This document shows, in pieces, positions 23,191 to 36,025 of a DNA stretch of 64,000 bases. The notes under the pieces are model-generated. The model searched no databases. It saw only the letters and a program-made list of their open reading frames with translations, and was not told where the DNA came from. The stretch comes from Octopus sinensis. Taxonomy: Eukaryota. Both the position numbers and the translations under genes were made by a program. The DNA is taken from contig NC_042999.1 of NCBI RefSeq assembly GCF_006345805.1, positions 118,730,001 through 118,794,000 of the forward strand. Direction: 5' to 3'. The stretch's first letter is position 1; every line of letters starts with the position of its first letter.

Positions 23191-23531
23191 TGTTGTTTAG
23201 TGAAACTGTGCATCCTTTCCGGTAAGAAGTGGTAGTAGCCAGCCATTATAAATTGACCAGTAGCTGGTCAACAGGGAGACAGTTGTGAAAGTTGAGTATA
23301 CATGTAGACTGTGTTGATAGTCATATCTGTGCTGATATAATAATTATACTGTGATACTGAGTGGACATTATACTGATCCAACCTTTGGAGGATAATAACA
23401 CTGTACGACTGGAGGTCATACAGTGCCAGATAGAGCCATTCTATTGATGACTTTGGAATATAACAATATCTGTCAGAGCAACAACTGTTGTCAAAAGACA
23501 GATATAGAAGTGGTAAAAGACCACTTTACAA
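23191..23531 (+). repeat. 3' LTR
   Basis: Starts TGTTGT one base after the PPT. The terminal CA appears to be lost. Confidence 0.88.
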
Positions 23532-24742
23532 GTTTTACAAAGGTTTCAAATGCATTTGATAATAAAAACATGATTCCTGTCAACAAACAAAAAAGCAGGT
23601 TTGATAATTTTGGAATGCTTCAACATTAAAAATAACCACAATAGGATTAAATAAAGTGATTAGTGGAATTATTTGGGGGGTTGGCTATTGTTATTCTCAG
23701 GATGAGCAAGCAAAACTGACAACTTTTCACATACAGAGAAGAAACATGTAATGGATAATAGGATCACTTTAAAAGTGGTTCATTTGAAGATCAATTGGAC
23801 AACAACAACTTCCTGTGATTTCCAGCATACTCTAAATATAACAGAGGGAATGAAAGTATAATAAAATGAAGTGGAAAAACTGTGAGATAAGAAAATACTT
23901 CAGATAAATTTTCTCAGTGAAGATGAGATGTTCAGAGCTATTTTGAGCTGTACAGAAAATATTTGTTAATTCTTAGCTGTACTAGAACACTTCTATTATA
24001 CATCTTCACAAAAAAAAAAAATGTGAACCTAGGTGACATTTATAATTAATCTTTAGTTCAAATCATAATAAACTTTTGTTGTTGTTGAAAGAAACACGTA
24101 GAAAGTGATAGCATTCTAGATATATTCGATTCTAGGAAAGAAGGTTTATGCAAAACTTTTAGCACATATTAAGATTGATGTCTTAACTTTTCTCAATTGA
24201 AATGAAATTAGAATCATGTATTGAACTTAACTTTATAGTGTTAATAAAATTGATAGCAATCTCATTGATTATAAACTTTCTAGCTTGGTGAAAACTTTGA
24301 ACCAATTAGCAATAAATGAATAAATAACATAAAAATCAATATATACAATCAAGATGTGTTGTATGTATCCATTTAGATGTATTCATTTTGCTATTCTTTT
24401 TTCATTCTACTCCTTTTATTTTATTTTGCAACTAAGGGCCCAGAAACTGGGGGTGCAGGTGGTGTGCTTGCAGCTGCTAAAATCTTTTTCAGGGGACTGC
24501 AAAATCAAAATTTGCACCTCCTATATACTTTGCCTGATTTAGAAAATAGTGTCTAAAAGTTGATCAGTAAAAAGTTGCATGAAGTTAGGTTTCTTATCAA
24601 ATCAAGAACAAAGGGCAAAAGTAAATAAATAAAACAAAAGTCCAAAATGTTAACTGATGAACATGGTCCTAAAATTCCCAAGGGAATTCTAGAAAGATAT
24701 ACTACTGTACTAAAGCATCATCAGCATCAAAACTAAAATAAT

Positions 24743-25612
24743 ATAAAGGTGAATAAATTATCATCTAAATTATGCAAAAATGAAAATAACACTGACATCT
24801 TAATTTAACAGATATATTTACCAAAATTACATAAAAATATCTTGAAATACTAAAGAGTAAATTTATTCAATAAAATTGCCATTGACTTCAAACACAGCCT
24901 CCAAATAATTTTGGAATCTCCTGCAGCTCTTCTGGATGGTCTCCTTGGTTAAGCTGCCATAATCCTTGTCTTCAGTTTATCTTTGGTTTACAAGGAGTTT
25001 TGTTGGTTTCTCTCTCAACTGCGCCCCACACGTAATAATCAAAGGGATTGCAGTCTGGGGAGTTAGGAGGCCAGATGTTAGGGGTAATGTGGTTGCAGAA
25101 ATTGTCTGACAGCCATGACAGGGTTCTCCTGCTTGCATGGCATGATACAGAGTCCTGTTGCTAGACATAGGGTCTTCCAGCAGCCAACCTCTTGACCCAG
25201 GGTAGCACTACCTCCTCCAGGCATTTGATGTAGGCTTCCATGTTGAATGAGAGGCCATGTGCGAAGATGAATGGAAGCATAATGTCGCCACCACTAATGA
25301 TCACTCCAAACACCATGATGTTGACTGGATGTTTGATTTTATCACTTTTGGTATGTTTTGGGGACACAGCAAGTCAACAGTTGTTCTGTGTGTTCACCAT
25401 TTATTCCTTTTGGAGCTTCCAGTATGAATGCCAAGCAGTACAGCATGTCATTTCCAAATTTCTGGCAGAGTGAATTGCATCATGGTGCAGTTTTGCTCAC
25501 AGTATCCAACCGACCCTACTATACTGTGTAGTTGACAAAATCAAAACCAAACAATGTGCATGCATGAAATAAAAAATATAAAATGGTGACAATTTACTCA
25601 TTGCACCCTGTA
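24743..25612 (-). mobile_element. maT/DD37D Tc1-mariner transposon relic, internally deleted
   Basis: IMVFGVI...*QQDSVSCH...WPPNSPDCNPFDYYVWG has 37 residues between the last two Asp. TIR tacagggtgca at the 25612 end, degenerate at 24743. Confidence 0.85.
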
Positions 25613-26689
25613 TCATCATCATCATGTATATTTATATATATATATATCTATATATATTTATGTATGTATATATATATGTACACACAAACACACACAGATA
25701 CACACACACACATATATATACTTTGTCACATACAAAAACTATCTTCCCAGTTAGCCTCCCTTTGATATTGCTGCACCTCTTATGTGTCCATAGCTTACAC
25801 TGTGTATATCTTATGGAGTTTATACCTATGCTTTTTCTACAGATTGAGCAGGGCCATCTACCTGAAAGGATTTGTGGTTTATCTGCCTTCCTACTTATTC
25901 TTTCGTATTCTTTCAGCAGAGTTATTTAAAATCGAGTAGGGGAATCCGAGTGCGTGCACTAGTTTATAAAGAGTGGGGTGGTGGTGGAAGAGTTGGGAGT
26001 GTTGGCGAAGCAAGTGGTAATCAAAACAGAGAGAGAGAGAGAGAGACAGAGTGAGGCAGACAGAGAGGGAGACAGAGTTAGTGTTGTCAGGGAAAGAAAA
26101 CGAGTAAGAAAAATATTCTTTTGGGATTTTGGGTAACATAATTTAATGAAACAGCAAATGCTGATAATAGTGAAATAGAATTGAAAAATCTTAGAATTTC
26201 CGGTCAGCCAATCTGTGACAAAATTGGAGAAATAAGTGACGATGTAACAAACTTGAATAAATAAATAAGTGACGAATAGCGACATCATTATTACCATGCT
26301 GCTACGATAATGACTACTACTACTCTGATTAGTGAGGAATCACGTTTTTCTTTCCCCCTCCTCTCCAATATCCACCTCAATCTGAATGTATACCTAACAG
26401 CTCCATGATAAATCTTCCAACTGGAAATAAACTAAAATTTATGAACGCATGAAACCCCAAAATATGCCAGTTTCCTCAATGCAAGAGACTATGCATACAC
26501 AGTAACTGCAATATTGCTCATTTACCTGGTACAAGATGCACAATTCAGACAAGCAACATAAGCTAATGCCAAAGCACACATCTTATACCACCACCACCAC
26601 TTCTATGCGATTTTTTTCCAATTGCTTCTTTGTCGTCCTTCTGTGAAATTTTTTAATCTGTCTATCTGTCTGTCTGCCTCACACTATGT

Positions 26690-27165
26690 GTTTGTATGTA
26701 TATATTCTTTTACTCTTTTATTCTTTTACTTGTTTGTCATTTTACTGTGGGCATGCTGGAACACCGCCTTGTAGGGTTTTTTGTCTAATGAATTTATACC
26801 AGTACTTACTTCTTTTTTTTTTAAAAACCTTGGTAATTACACAATCAATCTTTTTTTGCCAAACCACTAGCTTAAGGAGAGGTAAACATACCAAAACCAA
26901 TTGTTAAGCAGTAATGGGGAGGAAAAACACAGATACAAAGACACACACATATATGTACATAATACATACACACATGTATATATATAATATATATATACAT
27001 ACATATACGATGGGCTTCTTTCTATTTCCATCAACCAAATCCACTCACAAGGCTTTTAGTTGGTCTGAGGCAACAGAAGACACTTGCCCAAGGTGTGACG
27101 TAGTGGGACTGAACCTGGAAACATGCAGTTGAGAAGCAAACTTCTTACCCCACAGACATACCTGT
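26690..27165 (-). mobile_element. SINE family A, full length
   Basis: 3' module, internal CA/TA tract, head at about 27008-27165. Confidence 0.75.
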
Positions 27166-27189
27166 ACCTGTATATAAATTCAAAATGGT

Positions 27190-27560
27190 TTAAACCAGAT
27201 CATACTGGTCAAAACCAGTCCAAACTGGATCAGACCATTTGCATCCATCAAACATTTTGATCAAACATTTTGATCAAACATCATCATCAACCAATCCAAA
27301 CTAGCTGAAATCTGCCCAAACTGGTTCAAACCAGTTCAATTCAGGTCAATCCAGTTCCAACCAGTTCAAACTGGATCAGGGAATGGTTTGAAACAGTTTG
27401 GACAAGTTTGAACCAAACCAGTTTTGATGGGTTTGAACAGGTTTGAACCAGTTTGATCTAGTTTCAAAGGGTTTGGTCTGGTTTGGACTGGTTGATGATG
27501 TTTGATGGAAATATTTGATGAAAATGATTGATGGATGCAACTGGTTTGATCCTGTTTGGA
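27190..27560. repeat. Foldback-like imperfect palindrome built from about 10-bp AAACCAGTTC/GAACTGGTTT subrepeats
   Basis: The left arm gcatccatcaa...caaactggttcaaacc matches the RC of the right arm ggtttgaaccagtttg...ttgatggatgc. Confidence 0.7.
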
Positions 27561-28871
27561 GTGATGTAATAGGTTTCTACTGGTGTTGACCAATTCAAAC
27601 TGCATCAGGACACTTTTCCATGGACTTTGCCATGCCTCCATGGACTTTCCCAGGAAGCCTCACTTTCCTAATTTCCTTTCCATGGGCTTTTCCAGGAAGT
27701 ATTCTTTCCACGGTTTCTTTCATGTACCCCTGGACTTTTCCAGATACACACACACACATATATGACGAGCTTCTTTCATTTCTGTCTACCAAATCTACTC
27801 ACAAGGCTGAACCACTTTTTACCACACAGTCACACCTGTGCAGTCATAAAAAATTTTGGACCCGGGTTTGCACACCCTAAGCAAATTTCATTCTTGGGCC
27901 CCTGCTTTCTCATAATTTTGCTACAGCAGATGGCTGACCACAAGAACTCATCACCTTTGCAGACCATCAGGGACTATTAAAATTGATGCAGTTGATATTT
28001 AACTCAAACACCTTATTTGAGATATTTTCAGGGAAAACATGCATAGGAAGAAATATTTAGAGTATTTAGAGTTGTGGAGAATAAACTTGAAGTGAAACAC
28101 AGTCAGACAGAAGAAGGGGAGATAAATAGTTCAAATGGGTAGAGAGGGTTTAAATCTTACTAGCTCTGAGTAATCACTGTGGAAGAAGTCAATCTGATTG
28201 ATATATATATATATTATGCCTTAAACTGAATTCAAATAAATATAAATACAGTATATGACATGTGTGTAACAGCAGCACCATTCTATAGATAAGGAATTAT
28301 AGTCAGATGTAGGCTAGGCTTGAACTTTGTTGAGGAATGTTAGCATAAATGTTTTACAAATTTAGACATCTACACTGATAAAAGCATTTTACAGTAAAAT
28401 ACACTCTGTGTAAGTAAATTGAAGGCATGACATCTCCCATTAAGTCAGTTCCATGTATATAGCATACTTTACTCAAGAGGAATTATGTAACAACTCAATC
28501 ACTTCAATATTTAGATCATTATCTAATGGTATGTAATCCAGCATTTATCGCTGCACGATTTAAATTTTTAATGAAAGCAATATGATGGATCATCTGCCAG
28601 TTTCGATGATAAGCACTCAGTCATGTGTTCTACTGAATTCCTGGTACATTACATTAATATGCAACTGCTAGAATATTCCATAGACTTGTGTATCTCTATT
28701 TAACGAAATTCTCATGCTGAAACAGTGTGACACAATATGTAGCAAAGCTAACCCTGAATCACACAGGGTCCCACACAGTTTTTATCAACCCAGTTTCATT
28801 TATAAAGTTTCAGTCATACTGAGGTTATGGTAAAAGACATTTGTTCTAGATGCCACTCAGTAGCAATGACA

Positions 28872-29093
28872 TTCTTATTTCTTTTTTACCCACAAGGGGC
28901 TAAACATAGAGGGGACAAACAAAGGATTTAGTCAATTACATCGACCCCAGTGCATAACTGGTACTTTATTTATCGACCCTGAAAGGATGAAAGGCAAAGT
29001 CGACCTCAGTGGAATTTGAACTAAGAACGTAATGGCAGATGAAATACCGCTAAGCATTTCGCCAGCGTGCTAACGTTTCTGCTTGCTCGCCGC
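28872..29093 (-). mobile_element. SINE family B, full length, CpG-retaining
   Basis: RC reads gcggcgagcaagcagaaacgttagcacgc...gtcgactttgcctttcatcctttcagggtcgataaataaagtaccag. Confidence 0.85.
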
Positions 29094-29314
29094 AATAACA
29101 TTCTTAATCAACTGGCTATGTAACATCAACGAAAGTAAGATACACATGCATTGTACCAGTAGGGTTACTTAGGTATACTGTGCTAGGATAAACTTGACTA
29201 TCATACATTATTAAAATCAACTGAAACATTATGATCACAGACTCTACATTATCATAATTCCATATCCATGTTTTCTGCTTAGTTACACATTTTGATACTG
29301 TATAATATTTGACA

Positions 29315-29460
29315 CTAGCTTGAAAACCTTGCTCCATGCAGACTTTAAAGCTACCTCCTGTGGAGGGCCAATTGAGCCTGGAGCCCAAAACTAAAGAGAA
29401 CAATAATAATAAAGCATTTGTTGGTACCCTATCAATATGGTATTACTTTAAATTCAGTTT
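29315..29460 (-). mobile_element. Non-autonomous Helitron-like 3' end
   Basis: Shares actagctt.aaa.cc and caaaactaaagaga...ttggta with the Helitron end at 34208. Confidence 0.5.
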
Positions 29461-29539
29461 AAATGAAAAACTTTTAAGTTCACAAAGTTCTGGAGTTCTT
29501 TTAAAATTTGAATTTTCAACTGTTAGCATATAATAAATC

Positions 29540-29720
29540 CTCATCTAGACCTGATCACAATGGTGAGTGTTCAAGAACTAAATGAAGGGCAGATTTTCAA
29601 TCCCAAATTCATCCTGATTCCAAAAAGGTATGATATGTGTATGTAGAGCCAATGTAGACTGAAATACAGGAGTCCTGGACAGGCAGACAGACAAAATTTC
29701 CTGTTCATTATTACGGATGA
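29540..29720 (+). repeat. Unclassified interspersed repeat (second copy at 35210-35375)
   Basis: aagaac.aaatgaaggg.agattttcaatccca...atcctgattc...gacagacagac is shared by both copies. Confidence 0.65.
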
Positions 29721-30739
29721 TGTTTCATTGTATCTAACTAATATAATAGTTTGCTTAAACAGTTTTTAAAAATTTCAGACAGACAGCCTCCTTATTGGGG
29801 AAATTTCTCTAGGTCAATATGTGTTAAAAGTACATATGCAATAGAGAACTTTATATTAATACATACAATGAAATATTTTGAAAAGGAAAGCTTCTAAGTG
29901 ACCTTGGTTTCCTTGCTAGACCAAATTCAGGAGCATTTTATGAAGAAATTCATAGCTAGCTACAGTTGTGTTTTATTAATAGTCTAGGTATACTGAACAG
30001 TCATCACATGCCAAAAGGTATTTTAATTCTTAATTTGAATGAATTGGGAATATATCATTTAATCTTTCTTAGAAGTATATAAATCAGATACCTTGTTGAT
30101 ACTGCCAAAGGTATTGAAATAAAATGATCAGTGAAATGTGTGAGAGAGAATATTTCATTTAAATTGCAGAAGTTTATCATTAGCATTTATCTTTACTTTT
30201 CAAACTATTTCAATGAGTATAGGAGGAGAAATATGGTTAATATTGTGACATTTATTAGCTGGAGAGAGAATATTAGGCCTAGAAAATGAAATATTCATTT
30301 TAAAGTTATAGCATAAATACTGCTCTACAGCTTCATATTTTTTAATACAATTTTCTAGAAAACTTAGGAATAACTAACTGTGTTAACTTGGAAACAGATA
30401 ATAACTTAATGAAAATAACATAGAAAGGGGGAAAAAAAACTTTATATTTTCCAAAACTGTAACAGACAAGTTTGTAGAATGGAGATTAAAACAAAAACGT
30501 TTTTTAATTAAAGTCTTGCCTGCAGGTCTTTCCAAAAACAAAAGGAACAGTAACTTGGAATTTATTATAATGGAAAATAGTAAGAGGCTGTGCCTTTTAA
30601 ATTTTATTGTTTTGTTTTTAATATAATAGTAGAGATTTCTATATCATCATCATCATCATCATCATCCTTGTTGTCGTCATCATCATCATTATCACCATAA
30701 CCACCACCACCACCACCACCACCATCATCATCATTACAT

Positions 30740-31300
30740 CCAAATTTAATTAGCATGTAATAGCTTTTGGTGACAGTAAGTTTCTGAAGAATCTTTCTTA
30801 GGATTCTTGCAGATTACAGGATGGCACTTTGTCTGCAGGCTGACAATATGTGTCTTAATTTTAATATTCTTCATAGTACAACTGCTGTGCTGAGTGCACC
30901 AATTACCACAGGAACAATTTTCACCTTTGTGTTCTGCAATTTCTTCATCTCTCTCTCTGTGTCTAGATCCTAAAATTCTTTAATTTTCTCAGTATTTGCT
31001 CCTCTGTTGTAAAGTATTGTGATGTCTATGATTCCACACTGTTTGTTTCCTTGTTTTCTTTATTTCTTCTGTCTTCTACAAACATCTTTAGTTTCCTTGA
31101 TTCAATAGTATGGTCAGTTTTTATCACCTAAAAATCCTGTAATTATCATTCACTGTACAACCGCTGGCTCATGTGTTTCTATCACTTTTCTTCCACTTTG
31201 AAACCACAAACTTGGCTCAACTCACAAAGTGCTCTTTTACTAACATGGTCATGATTATGCTTATTTTCTTTTAGAGTGAGCTTAGAGCATTTACTCAAGA
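30740..31300 (-). pseudogene. R4/Dong-type LINE 3' end (restriction-like endonuclease relic) with (GAT)n-type tail
   Basis: RC gives HDHV...KTDHTIESRK...KIVPVVIGALS...SARILRKIL. Trinucleotide tract at 30645-30735. Confidence 0.65.
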
Positions 31301-31449
31301 TATGGTTTATGCTGTTCTCTTCTTATCCTCCTCCTCCTTCGCATCATCATCCTTCATTCACTCATTCATTCATTTGTCCTTTTTTTTATTGCATTCTCAC
31401 ACTGGACCATCACTGAGCACAGCTGTAATTACAAGCAGTGTTTTTATTT

Positions 31450-32350
31450 GGCTTTACTATTTTTGCTGTATTGAAAGTACCTTACAAAATATGTTAATGG
31501 TGTCTAGTAGTGCTATTTTCAGTTTGTTATGCTTATGTTTTTAAATCCTAAGATTGAAGTCATGTATTTGTCAACATAGTATCTATCATTTCCAAAGCAC
31601 CTATTATCAGAGTGACTACTTTTGGGTTATCTCTATCACTATTTCTTTATATTTAGACAATTTCTTCTTCTTTTTTAAAAACACATTATCATCTGTTAGA
31701 ACTTATATACCAATAATGAGGCAACTTTTTTTTCTGATGGTCCTTGACAAATTTCTTGTCAGCTACCCTTGTGTTTCTTGTCTGTGTGTATTGGTATATT
31801 ACAGACTGTGGTTGTTTTATGATTTATGGAGACCTTTTCTGGTGTATGCTGTGTCATCTGGGCAGTTGCTCATGGGTCACAAGTCTAGGGGCTTAATTCT
31901 GATCTATGTATGCTTTGCCTTCCTGTCAACAAATAAATACTATAGGGTCCAGTACATTGATTTACCCAAGAGCATACAGTGCTGCTAAGACAACTCTGGG
32001 TATATATCTATAACATCTCTTTTCTCCTAGTATTTCATAGTCCTGATAAAACGACTTATGTATATAAGTCCTAACTTAGTCATTTATCTAGATGTATTCT
32101 TTCTTGTCAAAGATTGGGCAGTCAGAGATATTGCAGATAAATGTTTCTTCACTATCTCTACATATTCTACAAATTCTTACTGTATTTTGCTGCATGTTAT
32201 GCTTTTGGCTTTTATGATGGGGAAATTTGGTCTTTTGCTTTAATCGAGAAACTCTCAGTCCCTGGTTTGAGTCCTGTGCTTCTCAGCCAATGTTGGGAAT
32301 TTTCTTTGTCTATTTACTTTCTGTTTAGCTTTTTCCAGTATTGGCAAGAT
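31450..32350 (-). pseudogene. Second R4/Dong-type LINE 3' fragment (Zn-knuckle plus endonuclease relic)
   Basis: RC gives frameshifted pieces resembling QHWLRSTGLKPGTESF, IPIHTDK, VKDHQKKK and IIGALE. Confidence 0.6.
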
Positions 32351-32359
32351 AATTGGTAA

Positions 32360-32705
32360 CCCACAGGTGCTGGTACCACATAAAAAGCACTGGTTCCACA
32401 TAAAATGGAGTCATGCTGATAGCATGTAAAAAACGTGTGCTAATGCCAAGTAAAAAAGCACCTGTTCTGGTGCCATGTTAAAGCACCCATGCTGGTGTCA
32501 CATTAAAAGCACACATGTTCATGGCATGTAAAAAGCATCCATGCTGGTGCTGCATAAAAAGCACCCAGAAGGGCATCTAGCTGTAGAAACTATGCCAAAA
32601 CAGACAATTAAATCCTAGATCTCTGGCTAGCCAACTCCTGTCAAACCGTTCAGCCCATAGAAGCATGGAAAATGAACATTAAGTATTGATAATGATGATG
32701 ATAAC
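32360..32705 (+). mobile_element. RTE 3' UTR fragment with about 21-nt minisatellite and (GAT)n tail
   Basis: Repeats of gcacc.atgctggtg.ca..taaaaa, then the conserved ctgtcaaaccg...gcatggaaaa tail. Confidence 0.65.
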
Positions 32706-33161
32706 CATGTAAGATATTTTCATTGCACCATTTTGGTATTCTGTAGATGAATTTTAGTCTAAATTTTATCTCTTTCATGATTTTTCTCATTACTTTTACA
32801 TGTTTTTCATAGGTACCTGCTGTTATTGCTGCCTCTGTTTTATATTTGTTGTCTTCCATGTAGATAGAAAATAAATCGTTTTTTTTTTTTTGGTTCATGT
32901 TTTGTAGCAATTTGCATTAAATTTCCATGAATCTGTGCTAGGTACTTCTGTAGACCTCCTCCTCCCTCCCCCTTCCTGCTGCTGCTCCTCCTCCTCCTAC
33001 TACTACTACCAGCACCACCAACACCATTAATACCACCATCCTCTTCATCATCCTCATTATTACTACTACTACTTCTATTATTTTATTATGATTTTGACTA
33101 CTACTGCTACCCCTATTATTTTATTATTACATGAAATATTTTAATTTCTTCTTTTACTCAG

Positions 33162-33333
33162 AAATAATACAAAAAGTAAAAAAACCACCACCATTAATAC
33201 GGCCATCGGTCTCACCACAAGCTGCTCCACCACACTATATTCAGCTAATGAAACAATGTTGGGCCGAAAATCCAGATATGCGTCCAGATATTGAAAGTAT
33301 ATATCATCAATTTAAAGAGTTTAATAATGGAAG
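33162..33333 (+). CDS. Receptor guanylyl cyclase exon C, end of kinase-homology domain
   Basis: Acceptor cttttactcag|AA, donor GGAAG|gtaagt. Translates (E)[56 protein letters not shown](R). 172 nt, phase 1-2. Confidence 0.96.
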
Positions 33334-34207
33334 GTAAGTATGCATTTGAGTCATCCCCTATTTGTATCTGCTTGATTGCAGGGAACTGGTTTAATTAAGC
33401 TTGTGGTATACATGAATCCATAAATGCAATTGGTTGTGTGATGGAGGAAAAAGACAACAGAAAAAGAGGTAAAAGGAAGAAAGAAATACAGAGACCTTAC
33501 CTGTTGACCATGGCAGGATGAGCAATCACTGTCAACAAAAAAACACATCCTTCCACACTGGCTGTCTCTCATCAAACTGCTCCACGTGCTTTCTGCCTAC
33601 GCATACCCCTGTGGCTCTTCCACCAGCCCCTGCAGTCTTCACTTCTGTTTACCTCACCTGCAATCCTCTCCACCAACACAACATAGATCATCACAGTCCA
33701 TAACACCACAAACACCACAGTAACATTTGTGTATATGTACTGCAAATGAAGTATATTGAAAATGTAAACACACAAATACCTACATGTCTCACAGCTCATT
33801 TTACTCTGTCTTTTTATATGTTAACATAAATTAGTCAGAGGCTCAAACACATTTCATTTCTCTCCTGCTCTTACAGGTCATTCTGTATTCTTATGACAAT
33901 GCATCCTCTTCATACTCAATATAGTTTTCCACAGACAAAGATATTCTACATCAGCAACAGAACTCCCTAAACTTTCTTACTTTAGTAGTTATGCTAGCAT
34001 CACAACCCCTATCATCTTTAATTAGGCACACTTTCACAACAACTATTTCAAGAAGAATGAATTAAATAAAATATTTTGCGTATTCAGAAAAAAAAAATTA
34101 TAACAAGCTACATTGACATAGAATAAATTTAAAATCATAACTATTTATCAAGAATATGTTCTTATATAAATCATTTATGACAATAGATAGCTTAAATTTA
34201 TATAATA

Positions 34208-34835
34208 CTAGCTTAAAAGCCACACATCATGTAAACTTCTGCAGAAGCTTAAATGGGCCAGCGGCTCAAAACTAAAGAGAGAAATAACAATAAAACATTT
34301 ATTGGTATCCTACTGTCTCAGATTTATATCACAGAGTATTTAGAGAATTTTGTACCACAGTAACATTCGGAGATCACTGTACAATAGCAGGATAAACAAT
34401 ATTCTAGGTTTTACTATTTGATGTGAGTATCAAAAGATTGTTGTGATTTCTAACTCTGGGACAACCAACATAGACCTGACCATGGGAAAAGCACTGGTGC
34501 ATGAAGTGAAGTCCAACAATTTTGAGTAATTGTCTTTGGCACTTGCTAATTGACATTGCAAAACTAACTCTTACTGAAAATTGAAGTCTCTTAAATTCAA
34601 AGGGTATGTCTGCTGGAATCAGTGAAATTCTTGAAATAAACACATTTTCTCCCTTTCCTTGTCCAGTGAGGATTGTTGCTTCCAAAAGATGTGGATGCAT
34701 TTGCATGACACAGCCAGTCTTGTTCCATTGCACAGCTCTAGGGAATCCAGATTTCTCAAAAGCATTATTGTAACTCCTTTCTACAATATCAGTTTGTGAG
34801 AAGGCATTCCAGAAGGAGTTAAGAAACTCAGTATT
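34208..34835 (-). mobile_element. Helitron 3' end with PIF1 helicase C-terminal relic
   Basis: LTPSGMPSHKL...MLLRNLD..LCNGTRL...EATILTGQGKGENVFISRISLIP...FKRLQF...FSHGQVYVGCPRV. Subterminal palindrome at 34232-34251 and CTAG|T terminus. Confidence 0.88.
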
Positions 34836-34869
34836 ATAAAAGATGTATATATATAAATATATATATATA

Positions 34870-35060
34870 TCTTGGCTTTGTGTCTGTGTTTGTCCCCAAC
34901 TACCACTTCATAACTGTTGTTGGAGTATTTATGTTCATGTAACTTAGCAGGCCAGTAAAAGAGCCAATAAAAAAGTACCAGGCATAAAAACAAAAGAACT
35001 GGTGTTGATTTGTTTGATTAAAATTCTTCAAGGTGGTGCCCCAGTGTGGTCACATTCTGA
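34870..35060 (+). mobile_element. SINE family A 3' module
   Basis: gtttgtccccaactaccac...cttcaaggtggtgccccagtgtgg. Confidence 0.6.
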
Positions 35061-35654
35061 TGATGGAAAAAAATAAAAGAACCACTAAGTTCCTTAGTAA
35101 AACTTTAGGCTAAGGGAGGTAACTCTTGTTCACCTATCTCAATAATACTATGGTATGAAACCTCTCGTGGTTGCTTTACCTGCTAGAAGTAGTAACCCAA
35201 ATGCTTCTAAATCAGATCCTAATTCTGGATGGTCAAGAACCAAATGAAGGGTAGATTTTCAATCCCAGGATCATCCTGATTCTGTAAAGGTATAATATGT
35301 CTATGTAGAACAAATGTAGACTGAGATACAGAAGTTTCAGATGGACAGACAGAATTTTACTTTTATTGATATATATTAATAATTAATTCAAAGCCCAGAG
35401 CACATACAAGTCTTCAATGTGTTATAATTTATATACATTTGCTAGAAAGCATGTTATGTTTATGATTCAATATCAAAAATGCCAGCTGCAGAATGATAAA
35501 TAATAACAAAAATTTTTATAATTTATAATTTTTCAAAATATTTATCATTGCTGCATGTTTGTGTATAGCACAAAACATGCTTGTGCTGCTGCACCCTGCA
35601 CCCATTTTTCTTTTCTTTCTTTTTTACTGTTGTACTCTCTTTTACTCTTTTTTT

Positions 35655-36025
35655 TTACTCTTTTACTTTTTTCAGTCATGTGACTGTGGCCATACTGGAG
35701 CACCGCCTTTAGTCAAGCAAATCGAGCGTGGTACTTATTGTATCGGTAACTGCTCTAGTTACGGGGACATAAACCCATCAGCTTCAGTTGTCAAGTTGGT
35801 GGGGACAAACACAGACACACAAGCATATGCACACACATACATATATATATATATATACATATTTATGACAGGCTTCTTTCAGTTTCCCTCTACCAAATCC
35901 ACTCACAAGGCATTGGTCGGCCCGAGGCTATAGTAGAAGACACTTACCCAAGGTGCCATGCAGTGGGACTGGACCTGGAACCATGTGGTTGGTAAGCAAA
36001 CTACTTACCACACAGCCACTCCTAT
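35655..36025 (-). mobile_element. SINE family A, full length
   Basis: 3' module, CA/TA tract and head, CpG-retaining. Confidence 0.8.

Larger units (their letters stand above)
19831..23531 (+). mobile_element. Ty3/Gypsy (Mag/K02A2.6-like) LTR retrotransposon lacking RT-RNaseH
   Basis: Paired LTRs, candidate PBS TGGCAATGAGGA at 20164, PPT AAAAGGGGAG at 23180-23189, gag, protease and integrase relics. Flanks ATTTT and GTTTT. Confidence 0.9.

Noticed and set aside
30784-30812. CTGAAGA-containing hairpin as a hammerhead
   Set aside because: No GAAA box or stem I. It lies in the R4-type LINE end.
32360-32570. About 21-nt repeats (also 59160-59345) as a CRISPR-like array
   Set aside because: Degenerate head-to-tail minisatellite in the RTE 3' UTR. 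No unique spacers, and the context is eukaryotic.
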